Shown piece by piece: positions 33,314-54,212 of a stretch of DNA of 64,000 nt; positions within the stretch are counted from its first letter, which is position 1; each line of letters begins with the position of its first letter. Origin of the DNA: the human T2T-CHM13v2.0 reference genome, Homo sapiens. The DNA lies in the NCBI RefSeq assembly GCF_009914755.1, contig NC_060937.1; one strand, 5' to 3'. A program made the translations under genes and the position numbers. The notes under the pieces are model-generated. The model was not told the origin of the DNA and ran no database searches. It saw only the letters and a program-made list of their open reading frames with translations.

Positions 33314-35499
33314 TAATTTTAGTGTTTGGGGTTTTAGTGGGGCTTGTTCCCCACTTCAGCTAGGCCGTTGCTCAGCGTCAGTGGCTGGAGATGTTGGCAG
33401 AGTCAGTCCCTCCATCCATTAGGTGCTGAAGGGCCACTCAGAAGCCCAAACTTGCAAGGGTTTTTCTGCTCGGATCTCTTACGCTTTTCTCCCAGGGAGA
33501 GGTCCCGTGGCTCATCAGAGCTTTAAAAACCAGACTTGGGTTTCTCCACCATGCAGGCGTGTGTTCTGCCTGCCCTCTTTCTCCAACCCAGACCCACGTA
33601 GGCTATGCTGAAACTCTGTGGAGGCAGACCCTCTTGTGTGGCCTGGGGACGTTCCAGCACCATCTTTGTAGCTCGGGCAGCCTTACTTGTCACCCTGTTT
33701 GGTTGAGTCCGACTTCTTGGGTCCTTGAACACAGGGAGGCACCCCGGCTTGGGGCCAGCTGTTACCCGCGCTCGCCCTGGCATGCAGCCCTCTGGTGTCT
33801 CAGCTGCGCTGATGGGTGCCCACCCCGCGGTGCTTCTCCAGGCCCCAGGCGTTTCCTTTGGTCTCTGTGGAGGTTGTGGGGGGCAGGTTGGAGAGGAGAG
33901 TTACTTGCCAGCACTTTAAAATTGGCTTATTTCAGACCTAAATTCAAGGTGTCTGTGATGTCCTGAGGCGGATGATCTGGCAGCCTCAGGGCCGAGTTGT
34001 TAGGTGGGTGGCAGCGTCCACCGAGCTCGTGCCCACCTTCTTGCCATCGACTCCCCCATTTCACTGCCTGCCTGGCCTCTGTAGGCACTTGAATTTACAA
34101 CACGTTTTCTTGCCACTAACCACGCATTTCCCCACTTGAAAAGTATTATTTCTTCTCTCTTACAGTTTATCACATGGTCCAGAACTTTCTGTAAGCGTCC
34201 TGATTTACTTTATTTAGAGTTATTCCAACTGTTAACTGATTTATCCCATATTTGTGTGTTACAGTCATAATTTTTTAAACTTATTTTGGCTTTTAAAATT
34301 ATTATTTCATTATAATTACATTTCTTGTCTAATTAGTACTTTTAGTAATTACTGCTTTTTACATTTAATCATAGTGTTAATGTTTGTATAAAATCTCCCT
34401 AAGAAGTATAAACCCAACTGGTGGCCACCACAGTGGTGGGACCAAAATGAACATTTAGGTGCCCAGTGCCTTTGCTGACTTGCAGATTTGAAACACTTTT
34501 CTCTGGCATGCAGGCCTCTGTGTTTGGTGCTGTTTCAGGACTAGGATTTTAAATTTTACAGCTCACTCTTTCCTCCCCTCTAATTCACACTGTTTAAGTA
34601 TTTTAGATGTGGAGCACATTTTTTGTATCTAGAGGGTAAGTCCTTCTCTTTCCTGACCTTTTTTTTTTTTTCCCTGGAAACTTCTTAGCACTTTCTCCTG
34701 CTTATTTTCCTGATAAACTGTATAACTCTTGCTTCGATAACAAGTGTTTATTGGCTGCTGTCCTGAGCCAGGCACTCTGCCCGGTTGTCTGGGGACCTGT
34801 ATGAGGAGCGGTCAGTGTGGCAGGTGTCCAGTGTCATTGAATTCTCCTCAATGCATTAGGGACAGGAGCTGATTGATGGATGGCTTCCAGTGTTTTACTT
34901 CTAAACACTGTAGGGAAACAGCTGTAACAAAAATAAACCTGGAACCTTTTGATCCCTGGACAGTCTTTGTTGAGACGATCACCAGGAGGCACTCATTCCT
35001 CCTTAACGTGGTCACCGAATCTAAGTTTCATTAAGTTTTCTTTTAGGAAGTCCAGAGACTTGAGGAATAAATCATAGTGGAAGTGCAAGGTGTCTCTTGC
35101 AAGGCATGGGTTTACTGTGCTTTTGTGGATTTCTGCCCTTAGTTTTGGTTTAGCTCCTTTCTGATGAAAAACTTTATGAGAAAGTTACTTTATGAGACAC
35201 CAAGTCACCCCATTCTTGTGAGAACCCTGAGAAGTTTACCAAATAGTTAAGTAGTCAGACATAGGAAAACCAATGTTGTGGTAGGATATGGCGGCTCCTC
35301 CTCTCAAGGGTGTGAACCATACAGGGCTTTTTGATGTGTGTATTTTTACATGCGTGACTTGTGGAGGCAGGCAGAGTTTCTGGGTTGCTCCCCTACCTGT
35401 CTGTCTTCAGCTAGAATGCTTCTGTAACAGCCCACAGGACTAAGCTTTGCAAGGCCTGTGGTTAGTGTCTCCAGTACCCAAAAGATACATATTTTTATT

Positions 35500-36290
35500 C
35501 AGTTAAAATTGGCCATTTTAACCATTTAAAAATGTTCACTTATTGACTTCCAGTACATTTACATTGTTGTGCAATTAACAGCAACCACAATTTAATTGCA
35601 GAACATTTTATCACGCCAGAAAGAAACGGAGTGCCCATTAAGCCAGGCTTGTCCACCCTGCAGCCCATGGGCCATATGCGACCCAAGACAGCTTTGAATG
35701 CAGCCCAACACAAATTTGTAAACTTTCTTAAAACATTCTGAGATTTTTTTCAATTTTTTTAAGCTTATCAACTATTGTTAGTGTTAGTGTACTTTATGTG
35801 TGGCCCAAGATAATTCTTCTTTTCCAGTGTGGCCCAGGGAAACCAAAAGATTAGACATCCCTGTATTAAGCAGTCATGCCCTATTACCTTCTCCCAACTG
35901 TCCCTGACAAACACTAATCTGCTTTCAGTCTGTATGGATTTTTAAATTCTGGACATTTCATATAAGTGGAGTCATATAGTACATAACTTTATATGACTGG
36001 CTTTTTTTCACTTAGCATAATGTTTTTGAGGTTCATCTATGTTGTAGCATGTATCAGGATCCATTCCTCTTATGACTGAATAATATTCTATTGTATGGAT
36101 ATACATTTTGTTCATTTGTTGATGGACATTGGTTTGTATCCACTTTTTGTGTTATGATAATGCTACTATGAACATTTGTATGTAGGTTTTTGTGGAAAAA
36201 AAAATCCTGTGTTTTCAGTTTTCTTGGGTATATTCCTCAGAGTGGAATTGCTAGGTCATGTCATAATTCTGTGCTTGACGTTTTGTGGAA
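35500..36290 (-). mobile_element. Old L1M 3' region, interrupted by MER30
   Basis: TTTCACTTAGCATAATGTTTTTGAGGTTCATCTATGTTGTAGCATG..GAGTGGAATTGCTAGGTCAT. Confidence 0.8.
35644..35863 (-). mobile_element. MER30 hAT element, full length
   Basis: Matches the recalled MER30; 8-bp TSD CATTAAGC / TATTAAGC. Confidence 0.8.
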
Positions 36291-38809
36291 CCAAAAAGAT
36301 ATATCTTAAGTATTAAAATAGTACACATATAAAGTTATCATAGTTCCTTCTTATATATTAGAAAGAAATGGTTTCTTTATAGTCAGGCAGAACCAAGTTC
36401 AAATCCCAGCCCCTCTACTAACTAGCTGTGACCTTCAGTGAGTTATTTAGCCTTTCTTAGTTTATTTCTTCACCTAGAGAATGCTGATAATTAATTCGTG
36501 CTTCAGGGCTATTATAGTAATTCACTGAGATGGTATTACATGTAAAGTGCTTTTATTAGCACAGTGCCTGGCATAAAATAATCCACATATACTGTAATAT
36601 TTATTTTAGGATAATACGTAGTCACCCAAGCCTGATTAGTATTTATTGCCTCAAAGAAATGACTATGTACTTAGGTCAAACCAAAGAGAAATCAGACCCA
36701 AAAGGAATTCTTAAACTTTATATTTTTATATTATCTTTGCCAGAGAGGTATTTTGCATTTTTACTTTTAGATTAATGCGTTGTCTGTTATTCTCAAAATT
36801 TGTAGCATCCCTGTTTTCAAAGGTAAAAGGATCTCCTGCAGAGAAGTGACTTTTTCTTAACCTTCTGTTTGATCTCTGCTTGGGTTCTGTGCGTATGAAC
36901 CACTTCCTGGCTCTGCTCACAGAGAGGCCGAAGATTACTAGTGACTTGCCCCATCTCAGTGCATAAGGATTCACCATATGGATCTTTTTCTTGAATTAGT
37001 AACTAGTTACAAATTATTTTTTCTAATTGTCAAAATCGATTTTTTTTTGGTAAAAAATTAAGATCTCCCATGAACAGACCAGAGATTATCTCTGTTAATA
37101 TTTTGGTAGATGCTTTTTTAAAAAAAGTATTTATATATTATATTTTTGTATAATAATACCACTAGAATATTTTGCGCTTACTATTTAGGAACATCTTTCC
37201 AAGGTACAAAATATTTTTCTACAACCTATTGCTTAATGTTGAATATTATCCCATTTTTATGGATAGAACATAATTTACCCATTTCCCAATTAGATATTCA
37301 TATTGTTTCTGGTCTTTTCACTATTATAAACAGTGCTGCGATGAACATTGTTGTAGCAGAATCTTTGTGCACATTTATGATAATTACTTTGGGCTAAATT
37401 CCTAGAAATGGATTTCTTGGATCTGTGTTGCAACCTCCACAAACTGCAGTCTTTTTATATTTCGTTCACAATTACATTTACTTTTGTTACACAGGGCACT
37501 ACTTTGATTTCTATTAGTGCTGTTTGTGATTGTGTATGTCTTTCACTTGAAATCCACCATGAAGGTGAAAATTTGTTTGAACCGTGGCACTATATGGCAG
37601 TGCAGTGTAGTCAGTTGTGTTTGTAGTCCGGATTATCAGAGCTTGAATTCTGGTTCTGCTGCTCACTAGCTTCTTCTTGCACACTGTTTCAGTGTACTCA
37701 GCCTCACCTTTTATTTTATTTCTACAGAGTCCCATTTGGTGTGTAAGCTGGTTTTTTGTTCCTATTTCTGTGTTCCTCCCATGGGGCTTCTTTTCTATGG
37801 CCACTCTAGACCATTGAGGATGGAAGCTGATGGATAAAAATGCTGCCCTGTTCCACCTGGGATGGTAGTTGAGACACATTCACAAGGCTTCTCGGAAAGT
37901 CCTGCAGGTTCCAGCACCTGTCAGAAACATCTGTCACTCATGGTGATCGCCTACTTGACAGTGCCCTTCTTTGGACTCTTCCTCTGTTTCGCTCCCCGTG
38001 TCCTTCACTACTGCTCCCTGGGATCACATTCCAAAATAAAGTCCCTGCCTGGAAGCCTTTGTCTCACCTTTTACTCTTAGAGGAACCCCGGCTAAGACAT
38101 TTTCTAGTCATGGATAGGTAATGTACTCTCCGAGTCACAGTTTTGTCTTCTGTATAAATCTGAGAAGAGTGATGTCTGCCTCATAGGGTTATTTTGAGGT
38201 TTAAACCGTGTAAGTAATTCATTCACCACATAGTTACTGAAAGGCAACTGTGTGCTAAGTGGTGGCATTCTGGCTATGGGGATATGGCAGTGAGCAAGAC
38301 AACTAGGACCCTGTCTTCACAGGGTTTACATTCTGATGAAGGAGACGGACAAAGAAGCAAACAAAGAATTTCAAGTAGTAAAGAATGCCACAGAGTAAAT
38401 TAACCAGGATGATGCACTCAAAAGCAAAAAATCACGATGGAAGGCCACTCTGAGGAGGTGCTCTTAGAAATGAGGACTCAATGGTGAGAATAAGCTGGAC
38501 GTGGGAAGAACATTTTGGGTAGAGAGAGTAACAGGCACATAGGCCCTGTAGTGGGAGTGGCAGGAGCAAAGTAGCACACATAAAGTGTGATGCTAATACC
38601 TCCACTTCCTAAGTGCTTAATAAATGTTGGTTGGTATTAGTAGTTACTAGTTGGTTATATTAGTAATTAATAATTGAGGTTAGATCAAAGGGGTAGCCCA
38701 TTGGTAATTACATAGCAGTAAGTGGTCAGTTTAGCCTTATGGATTGATGACAAATTGGTTTCATAGAATAAGCAGTAATTGGGCAGGATGAGAATGGTTT
38801 CATAGTATA

Positions 38810-40700
38810 CTTTAACTTGTTGATATGGTAAATTACATTGATTTGCTTTGCATTCCCAGGATAAGCATTATTTGGTCATGATGTATTCTTTTTATATAAT
38901 GCTAGGTTTGATTTACTGATGTTTTGTTGAGAATTTTGCATCTGTTAATACGTTCATAAAGTATATTGGTCTATTTTTTGCCTTTTAATATCTTTGCATG
39001 GCTTTGCTAACAGTGTAACACTGGCTTCATAACATGAGTTGGAAAGTGTTCTCTATTTTTCTGTGTTGTAACAGAGTTTGTATAGAATTGGTATTTAAAT
39101 GCTTGGTAGAATTCTCCCCTGAAGCCATCAGACTTGGAGTTTTCTTTGTTGGAAGTCTTTTAACTATAAATTCAATTTCATAATATCTGTAGGACTATTT
39201 AAGTTACCCATTTCTTCTTGAATGAGCTTTGGTAGGTTGTGTCTTCCAAGGAGTTTGCCTGTTTCATCTAAGTTATCAAATTTATGGGCGTAAAGTATTT
39301 CCTAACATTCCCTTTCAAAAAAAAATTTAGTTGTGATAAGACATTTTAGTAGTGATAAGAAATACATAACATAAAACTTACTGTTTTAACTATTTTTAAG
39401 TGTACAGTTCAGTGACATTAAGTACATTCACATTGTTGTGCAACTTCTTACTATCCTTTTAATGTCTCTGGGGTCAGTAGTGATGCCTCCTCTTTATTCC
39501 TGATACTGATAATTGTGTCTTCTCTCTTTTTGTCCTGATCATTTCTGCTAGAAGTGTATCAGTTTTATTGATCTCAATAACCAGCTTTGAGTTTCATTGA
39601 TTTGTCTCTATTATAGTTTGTTTTTTCCATTTCATTGATTTCTACTCTTAATTATTTCTTTATATCTGCTTGCTTAGGTTTTAATTTGCTCTTCTTTCTC
39701 TTTTTCTGTTTTTTTTTTTTTTTTTTTTTTTAAGATTGTAACCTACACCATTATGTGAGACCTTTTTTCTTCCTAATATAAGCATTTTTATGCTACATTT
39801 TCCCCTCTAAGCATTGCTCTATCTGCAGTCCACAAATTTTGCTTGGTTGTGCTTCATTTTTTTATTCTGTTTTAAATATACTCTAATTTCCTTTGTGACT
39901 TCCTCTTTGACCCAGATATTGTTTAGAAATGTGTTGTTGAGTTTTCACATATTTGGGGGATTTTCCATCTTTCTGCTGTTGGCTTCTGATTTTTTTGTGG
40001 CCAAGGAACATGCTTTATATGATTTTAATTCCTTTAAATTTTTTTGAGGACTCTTTTATGCCCAGAATATAGTCTATTTTGGTGAATGCTCCATATGCAC
40101 TTGAAAAAATGTGTAACTTGCCGTTGTTGGGTGGAGTGTTCTATAAATGTCAATCAGGCCAAATTGGTTGATAATGTTTTTCAGGTCTTGTGTATCCTTA
40201 CTGATTTTACTGGTCAGCTTGGGCTGCCATAACAAAATACCACAGACTGGGTGGCTTAAGGAACAGAAATTAATTTTCTTACAGACCCAGAAGCTAGAAG
40301 TCCAAGCTCAGGGTTTTGGCGGGTTTGGTTTCTCCTGGGGCCTTGCAGGAGCCTGCTGGCTTCTAACTGTGTCATCACATGGTCTTTCCTTTGTGTGTGC
40401 AAGCATCCCTGGGTCCCTCCCTTTTCTTAAAAGACATGTCACATTGAATTAGGGCTCCATCTATCCTTATGACCTCACTTAACCTTAATTACCTCTTTAA
40501 AGGGCCTATCTCCAAACTTAGTCAGCATAGAGCTTCAACATACAAATTTTAGGAGGAAACGTTCAGTCCATAACAGTGATTTTCTGTTTGCTTGTATTAT
40601 CGATTACTGTGAGAAGAGTGCTGAATTCTCCAACTATATTTGTGGATTTATCTACGTCCCATTTCAGTTCTATTAATTTTTGCTTCATTGAAATCCTTTC
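38810..40700 (-). mobile_element. Old L1M ORF2-region fragments with a nested L1 3' end (~39320-39445) and an MLT1 LTR (~40205-40576)
   Basis: GTTTTGTTGAGAATTTTGCATC, AAATGCTTGGTAGAATTCTCC; GGGCTGCCATAACAAAATACCACAGACTGGGTGGCTTAA..GTTCAGTCCATAACA. Confidence 0.75.
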
Positions 40701-41299
40701 TCAGCTCTCAGATTCTATGATTCACTGTGCACCTCCCACCCAATGTTTTAATTATGAAAAATTTCAAACATGCCACAAAGTAGAAAGAGGGGTACACTGA
40801 ACACCCATATACCCACCACCTAGATTCTACACAATTAACATTTTACTATGTTGGCTTTAGCAAATATCAATCCCTTTATTTATTTGATCAGTACCATATG
40901 ATTTTTAAAAATGCATTTCAAAGTAGATTATAGTCACATTTTCTCTAAACACTTAAATGTGCATTGTTATTCCCTAGAGTTTAATAATAACTATTTAAAG
41001 GTTTTTGAGTTAAAATTTTTACGTAGTAAAAGTACAAATCTTGAGTTGATGAGCGAATCTTGTTGTCTATAATGATACTATATACTTATCCTGTGATGTG
41101 CAACTGTTTGGATATTTGTGTATTATTGCTTTCCACATAGGTTTCTGAGATGTGATTTTTGCTCATTTTGAGAGGAATACTTAATGGTAATTATCAGATC
41201 TGTATTTTTAGGGGTTTGTTTGGTCCTGGACAGAATTAAAATGGCTGTGTAAATAGGGTCAGTTATTAGTTCAGTAAATATTTGCTTATATTTAGTTTT

Positions 41300-41745
41300 A
41301 ATTTTTAATTGTGGTAAAATGTACATAATATAAAATGTACAATCTTAACTATTTTTGTGTATAGTCCAGTAGTATTAAGTACGTTCATATTGTGCAACCG
41401 ATGTCTATAACTCTTCTCATCTTGCAGAAATGAAACTCTGTATCCATTAAACAACTTCCCATTTCCCCCTTCCTCCGCCCACTGTACCCTGCCTCTGGCA
41501 ACCACTTTTCTACTTTCTGCCTCTGTGAATTTTACTACTCTAGGTACTGCAAATAAGTGGAATCATATAATATTTATCTTTTTGTGACCGGCTTATTTCA
41601 CATAGCATAATGTCCTCAAGGTTCATGCATGTTGTTCCATGTGCCAGTTTCCTTCCTTTTTAAGGCTGAATTAAATTCCATTATATGTGTATGCCACATT
41701 TTGTTTACCCGTTTATGCATTCATCTGCCAGTGGACACTTGGGTT
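41300..41745 (-). mobile_element. L1MB-type 3' end
   Basis: TTTTAATTGTGGTAAAAT..GAAACTCTGTATCCATTAAACAAC..GGCAACCAC..GGACACTTGGGTT. Confidence 0.85.
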
Positions 41746-43053
41746 CCTCCCGCCAGTATGTGAGCACCTCCTTCACATCACTCCCCTTTTGTTTAACAAA
41801 CACTCTTGACTGCCTTTATGTGTCAGGTCCTATTGGAGGCATGAGGGATGCTGCAACAAGGAATGTACCAGACAAAGCTGATGCCCTAAGTAAGCTTGTG
41901 TTCTAGTGGAGACTGAAGATGGGCGGATGGACAATAGACCAATAAACATATTTCCTTGATTCTAAAATGCATTAGGTCCCACGTTTTAATGATTCTAAAA
42001 TTGGAACGTGCCTTGTAATTGATGACGTCTTAGAATTATATTTGGCAGCGTTTATTTTTTAGTGGCACTAAAAATAATGGTGTATCAGTTTGAATCATAG
42101 AGTTGATGGATCACTATTAAATCCACTGTTAAGTGCTATGAAAAAAGCAGGACAAAGGATAAGGTAACATTTGAGCACAGCACATGTTTAGTTGATATGT
42201 TTTCATAGCAGGACTTCATCCCTGAAGGAGGCAGTATGTTGATTCACATTTGGCACAAACTCTGACCCCACTGTGAGCTGGTAGCACTTTGCAGACTGGT
42301 TATTTTGAGTGGCACTGGTAGAGAGGAGAGAGAGACCTGGCAGGTGAAGGCTTGGGGGAGCATATTGCAAGATGGGCCCAGATCTTGTAGGTAGGAAAGA
42401 CAACATGTCAGTAAACTTAGTCAGGGCCATCTCAGTAACTGCCAACAGTTCTTCCAGTTGTCCAGAACAAAACTTAATTTTATTCTTGACTTCTCCATCT
42501 GCCCATGCACCCGGTTAGTCAGCATATCCTGCCTGCAGTACCTTCACAACATATCCCAGTTTCAACCTCCCTCTTCATCTACACCTCCACCCTGCTGGTT
42601 TGAACATCCTCCTTTCTTCCCTGGATTCCCTAACAGCCTTCTAACTGGTTTACTATCTTCCACCATTGCCTTACTGTAATTTCTTCTCAATTTAGCAACC
42701 AAAGTGATCATTCAAAAACATGTCCAATCATGTTATTCCTCTACTTAGACCTCCCCAAAGCACCCTGTCACATCCAGAGGAAAGGTTAAAGTCCTCATAA
42801 TGGCCTGTAGGGCTCTGGACCATTCCCCTCATCACCACTTGTTTGACGTTAGCTCCCTCCCTGTCTGCCTTGTGCTCATTCTGCTTTTGCCAGTTGGCAG
42901 CCTTATCATCTCTTAATCATGTTGAGCATGTTTTCATCTCAAAGCATGTGTACTTGCTTTTTTTTCCTCCAGAATCACCCTTCCCTCAGATATCTGCAAG
43001 GCCTACATCTTCAGGTCTCTGCTCAAATCCACATTACAAGAAGGTTTTCCCTA

Positions 43054-43440
<387 letters not shown>

Positions 43441-44303
43441 TCAGGAACCCGAGACAAGGCTTGCATCTCACTGGTGTTCCATCTCCACTGCAAGTTACCT
43501 AGGAGGGGTCCACTCCACACTGTCGTCAGCCCCGGGAGCTGGCTGATAGAGTAACCACCATCTTGCACGTTGGCAGGTGAAAAGAACAAGAATGATTCCC
43601 TGGCTCTTAAAGGGTCCTCCTGGAAGTGACATAGCTTTCATTTACTTGGCCAGAGCAAGTCACACTGCCATGCCTCACTTCATTTGGGAGTGGGGGTGGG
43701 GAGCAGTCCTACCATGTGTTTGGGAAGAGACGGGAAATATGTGGTGAATAACAAAGCCACAGGTTTTATTTTCCCTAGTTCATTTCTCATAGGATTTATT
43801 TCCATCTGACATAATGTATATCTACCTTGTTTTGTTTGTTGTTGTTTTTCTGTCCTGTCTACACTCCAAACCACAAGGCTAGGGACTTTGTCCACAGTTT
43901 ATTGCTGTGCCTCAGGACCTAGAATAATGCATGGTACAGCGTGGATGCCTACTCATATTTAGAGAATGATTGAGAATACCAAAGCAAACCGTTCATTTAT
44001 TCATTTGGTGCATGTGTTGGGAGTTTGGTATTCAAGTTGGGAGTGTGAATTAGGGAGGTTTGAGGAGAGAGGAAGAGATAGTGTGAGGTAAGAAGTTGTA
44101 GAGCAGATATACTAGAGAAAATCAGTGGAAATGCTGGTCAGTGGAGAGTGTCACCTTGAGACTTGAGACCAAGAATTTATGGTGAAATCTTGTAGCTCAG
44201 ATGGGTGACTTTTTTGAGTCATGTTGAGTTGCTCAGAAGCTGGCAAGGAAGAGGAAGGACTGACGGGGCCCATTGCACAAGGACAGGTGGAAACCCAAGT
44301 TGA

Positions 44304-44758
<455 letters not shown>

Positions 44759-46284
44759 CCTATATTTATTCTTTTATTTCATTTTCTTCTCGTAACACTT
44801 TTGAGGTAGGTTCTCATCTCCATTTTACAGGTGAGGAAAATTGAGGCTGAAATGGCTCGAGAAAGGATTTAGGTTGGTTAGGCTTATAGTCATGGTGCTC
44901 TCCTCTACTTTTGAATTACGAGGCAATGAGGAACTCGGTTAGATTTTAGATTCCGTGGAGCCTTGTTTGCATTTTGGTCATGAAGAAAGTATGCAACCAC
45001 TTTACTAATGGTTCTAGTTTAGATGCTCACAAGACCTTACCAGAGAGGAAATAGTTGGGCTATTTTTATATGCTTAGACAAGTACAATAACCACAGTGTC
45101 AACTGTAACTGGTAAATTCGCCCCCAGGGAATTTCTTATGAATAAGATGAAGGTGCATCTCACAGAATCTGAGAATGTCCCCATCAGTGAGGCTTTTCTG
45201 TGATCTTGGCTGTTAATGATCTGGACGTTTCATCTGTGCAAGGGACGGTGCTAGGCTTTATGGTGGATGTAGCGAAGGGTAAGGCATGTGGCCTCCCTTC
45301 AGGAATCTTTATTGTGGTTGGGATAGCAAAACTGTACAAACCCTGGCTGCTCATAGTAGTGTGTGGGAACGAGGGTGCAGAGTGGGGGAAAAGCCCTTCA
45401 GGCTAAAATGGTTCACTCAGGCTGATGGAGGAAAGTAGAAACAACTGTAATTTGAAGGCTGCATAAGATTTAGATAAGGGAGTATCTGTGCTAATAAGGA
45501 AGGCATTGATGATATTTGGGGATTTAAGTCTGGAAAAATTTTCCAAAGGCATTGAAACAGAAAGCAACATGTTCAGGAGGTAGTGAGCTGTGCGGTTTGA
45601 TTGCAGCAAAGGCTCCTGAGAACAAAGCAATGGATGTTGTGCTGGAGAGGCAGGAGGCCCAGAATGTAGGGAGGTCTGGACAACCAGGGACAGTGACTTG
45701 TCATTTGAGCTTGAAGGTCATACCAAAGTGACCACATTGCAGCCTCGTTTTAGGAAAGAGTATATACAAACACACACAGATAGTCCTTGCTTTGCAAGGT
45801 GATGCAGGACCGTAAAAATGACCGTGCAAGTTGAAACCGGGCAAAGCTATTTTAATAATCAATGGGGAAAAATTGGATTGTTCTGTGACTTTTAAAAATC
45901 TTCGTTGAAAGAATGCTTTGTTAAAACTTTAGACTTTCTCTTATAAATGTATAGTTATAAATGCATAGGGAAATGAAAAAATAGTAAAACAGTATACTGT
46001 AATTTATTAAAAACTTCAGCGACATTGAGAATTAAAGGGTTTTATTTCTTTGTAAGAAACTTACCAGGAGCAGTTTGAACAGTGTTTGCCTTCTTCCTGT
46101 TGTGTAACTTATGGGGAGTATCTATCTTAAACCTTGTGAATTGTCATACACCTTTCTGAGTTTGGCTGAGTTTCCATTATTTTATTCTCTCTGCTTTCAA
46201 TGTGACAAAATATCCCTGAGAGTTTCCTTAATATGTAGATTTTTGCCAGCATCACTTCCTCAGGGACATGATAATCACTATTTT

Positions 46285-47402
<1,118 letters not shown>

Positions 47403-47514
47403 AGTCACCTTCCTGTTGATAAGTTCACCTTCACTGAGTTTCTCTAGCTGCCCACCTTGAATGGTGGCAGTGTCAACATTCCTGTGGTTTGATATTTCTT
47501 TTATAACCTGATAA

Positions 47515-47875
<361 letters not shown>

Positions 47876-48807
47876 CTCTCTTTTTGTATACTTTCATGTG
47901 TATTGACTAGTTCCCTCTTTTGATGATCTATTTTTGTAAAATGTCACATGAATTTATCATTGGAAGATGAGGCAACACAACTACATACTTTACTGTCTGT
48001 GCATGAATGGAATAACAGCTGCCCAGTGACCAGTCACTGACAGACTTAGAAAGAAGTGACATACATGATTGGTTGCTGATCATAATGCACGTCTTACTGA
48101 CATAATGATCTATGTACTGAAGAGCTGGTGTTGTTTTACCAAATCATGGTAACTGAAGTCTGTGCCTATCAGAGCTATGCAGAAATGAGGAACTGCCAGT
48201 GTGTGTATTTTTGTACCATGTCTACATGTGTATTTATATAGGTTAATGTGTGTTACTTGTTTTTTAAAAAAGAAAATTGGGAGTTAAGCTAGAAACTATT
48301 AGAAGTGTGTATCTATGGGAGTGGGTTTGGGGGTATGGGATAGAGGGGATAAATAACTGAAGTGAAAGTAAACCTTTGTTTTTCCTGGTTTTGGTTTTTG
48401 AACAATGTAAATATTTAACATATTCAAAAATTTTAACTGAGAAAGGAGCAAACTTTAATATTGAATGTAAACAGAAATAAACAAATCTCTGTGTTATAAC
48501 CACTAGGGAAAATAATTCTTTCAAGTAGCTTTTGAACACAAGACCCTGTCCATCCTTAGTTGAGAGATATAGATATATATATATATATTCACACACACAT
48601 ACTCTAAGGACCAAAAGAAAAAAAAAAAATCTTCAAAGGTATCTTAAACTTCGCCCAGTGGGCTTAATAAGTAGTTTATTGTTTGTAATGATACTGATAC
48701 TGTAATATTAAAATTTTATGTATAACCTAGGATAAAGCAAGCAGCTAACTATTAATATTTAAGAGAGAAACGACAGAAATGCAAAGTCCTTAGGAAAAAG
48801 CACTGTA

Positions 48808-49168
<361 letters not shown>

Positions 49169-49266
49169 TCATTATGAATCATGATTTCAAAAATATATTT
49201 TCTAGCTCTGATTACTGAAAGAGCTAGAAGCATTGGGACCCAGAAAATTACAGTGAGCACATCTAA

Positions 49267-49578
<312 letters not shown>

Positions 49579-50137
49579 TCAGATTTGGTTTCTAAAGACC
49601 ATTTCCCAACATTCCCTAACAGGGATCCTTAGAGAAATTCTAGGTCTTGGGCAGGGCGGGTATAGGTGAGCCTAAAGCAAGGAAGATGAGTGGGTAGGTG
49701 GAGCAGCCAGAGCAGGCGTTGAGGGCCCTGGTTGAAAGGCCGCAGGAGCTGGTCAGAGGGCTTCCACCTGGACCATCTGAACGTTGGAAAAAGAATGCAA
49801 CTGATTGTGACACATTGACTAAGTAAAAATCCATGAGTGTAGAGTGATACCGAGATACAAGGAGAATGAAGACAGAAGGCCAGCTAAGAAATAGAAAAGT
49901 AATGACAGAATTATCAAAATTATCATTATGTAAACCCTAGTGTAAGTCTTAATTGTAAACTTTTTCACGGTAAAAGGATGGGAGAAAAAAAAAGGCAGTG
50001 TTTTTGGTTCCCGATGAAGCGTAAGTATTTCATTATTTGATGGAAATCTCAGCCATGTTTTTGTAACCAAATCTGCTGGTACCACTTGAGTTCTCAAGAC
50101 TAGTCTTTTGATACTATGAATATTACAGGGTTATTAT

Positions 50138-50213
50138 TTTATTATTATTCTTATTCTTATTTTCAGTTGCAAGATTTAATAGAGTGAAAACAGAGCTCCC
50201 ATACAAAGGGAGG
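50138..50213 (-). mobile_element. HERV-W (LTR17) R-region fragment retroposed with an A-rich tail
   Basis: Minus strand CCTCCCTTTGTATGGGAGCTCTGTTTTCACTCTATTAAATCTTGCAACTG followed by an A-rich tail; 14-bp TSD TACAGGGTTATTAT at 50124-50137 and 50214-50227. Confidence 0.8.
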
Positions 50214-50332
50214 TACAGGGTTATTATATAAAGTAATTATTTCCAAGGAAAGCATGTTATTTCAGCGGTTTTCCTAGATTGAGATGCACTTTATTTTTCT
50301 GAGTCTCCATCATGGGCCGGACATTGTGCTAG

Positions 50333-50696
<364 letters not shown>

Positions 50697-51359
50697 TAGC
50701 ATAACCCTGAGAATTAGGTCAGATGAAGTGACTGAAGCTCAGAGAGGTCAGATACTGTGTCCAATGACAAGCATCAGTAAGTGTGAAAATGAAGGTTCAA
50801 GGCCAAGTCTTCTGGGCCCCAGGTCCTTTCCCTTCTCATAGCTCTTGTTCTTTCCCATGGATTAGCTCAGCAAGTAGCTTCAGGGGCTTGTTTTCAGGAT
50901 CTATGAGAGAGGAAGGCATGAAAACACAAAGGTGGAACCAAGGAAGACCAGAGGGAGAGAAGAGGCTACCTAGATGTCTCACAATAGTGTGCATTTTGAT
51001 TAAATGACATACTTGGGGGAAATGTTCCTGAGTAGGTGAAAGCTGATATTTTGTTCTATTGGGAAAAAAAGTGAGCTTGAAGAAAACATAATTTGCTTCT
51101 TTTTTTCTCTCATATCAGAGGGAAGAGAGAAGACATTTATAGTTTCTAAAATACCCTCAGTAGTATAATTCTGTCATACTTAATATGTAAATGACTAGAT
51201 CAAGGAGGAAGAGGGGCGTGACTGCTTTTAGTACAAGGCAGAGGTCACACTAGTCTCTCCTGGAAAACTGACCTGGGCTCCAGTTGTACTCATGGTGGAA
51301 AATCTCAGGGGGCCACTACAGTCAGCAGTGTTAACACTTTTAGCCTCTTTTAATTTTTT

Positions 51360-54212
<2,853 letters not shown>

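Noticed and set aside
33340-34080. GC-richer intronic patch with ORFs up to 135 aa
   Set aside because: No convincing exon boundaries or homology; could be an enhancer but this cannot be supported from sequence alone
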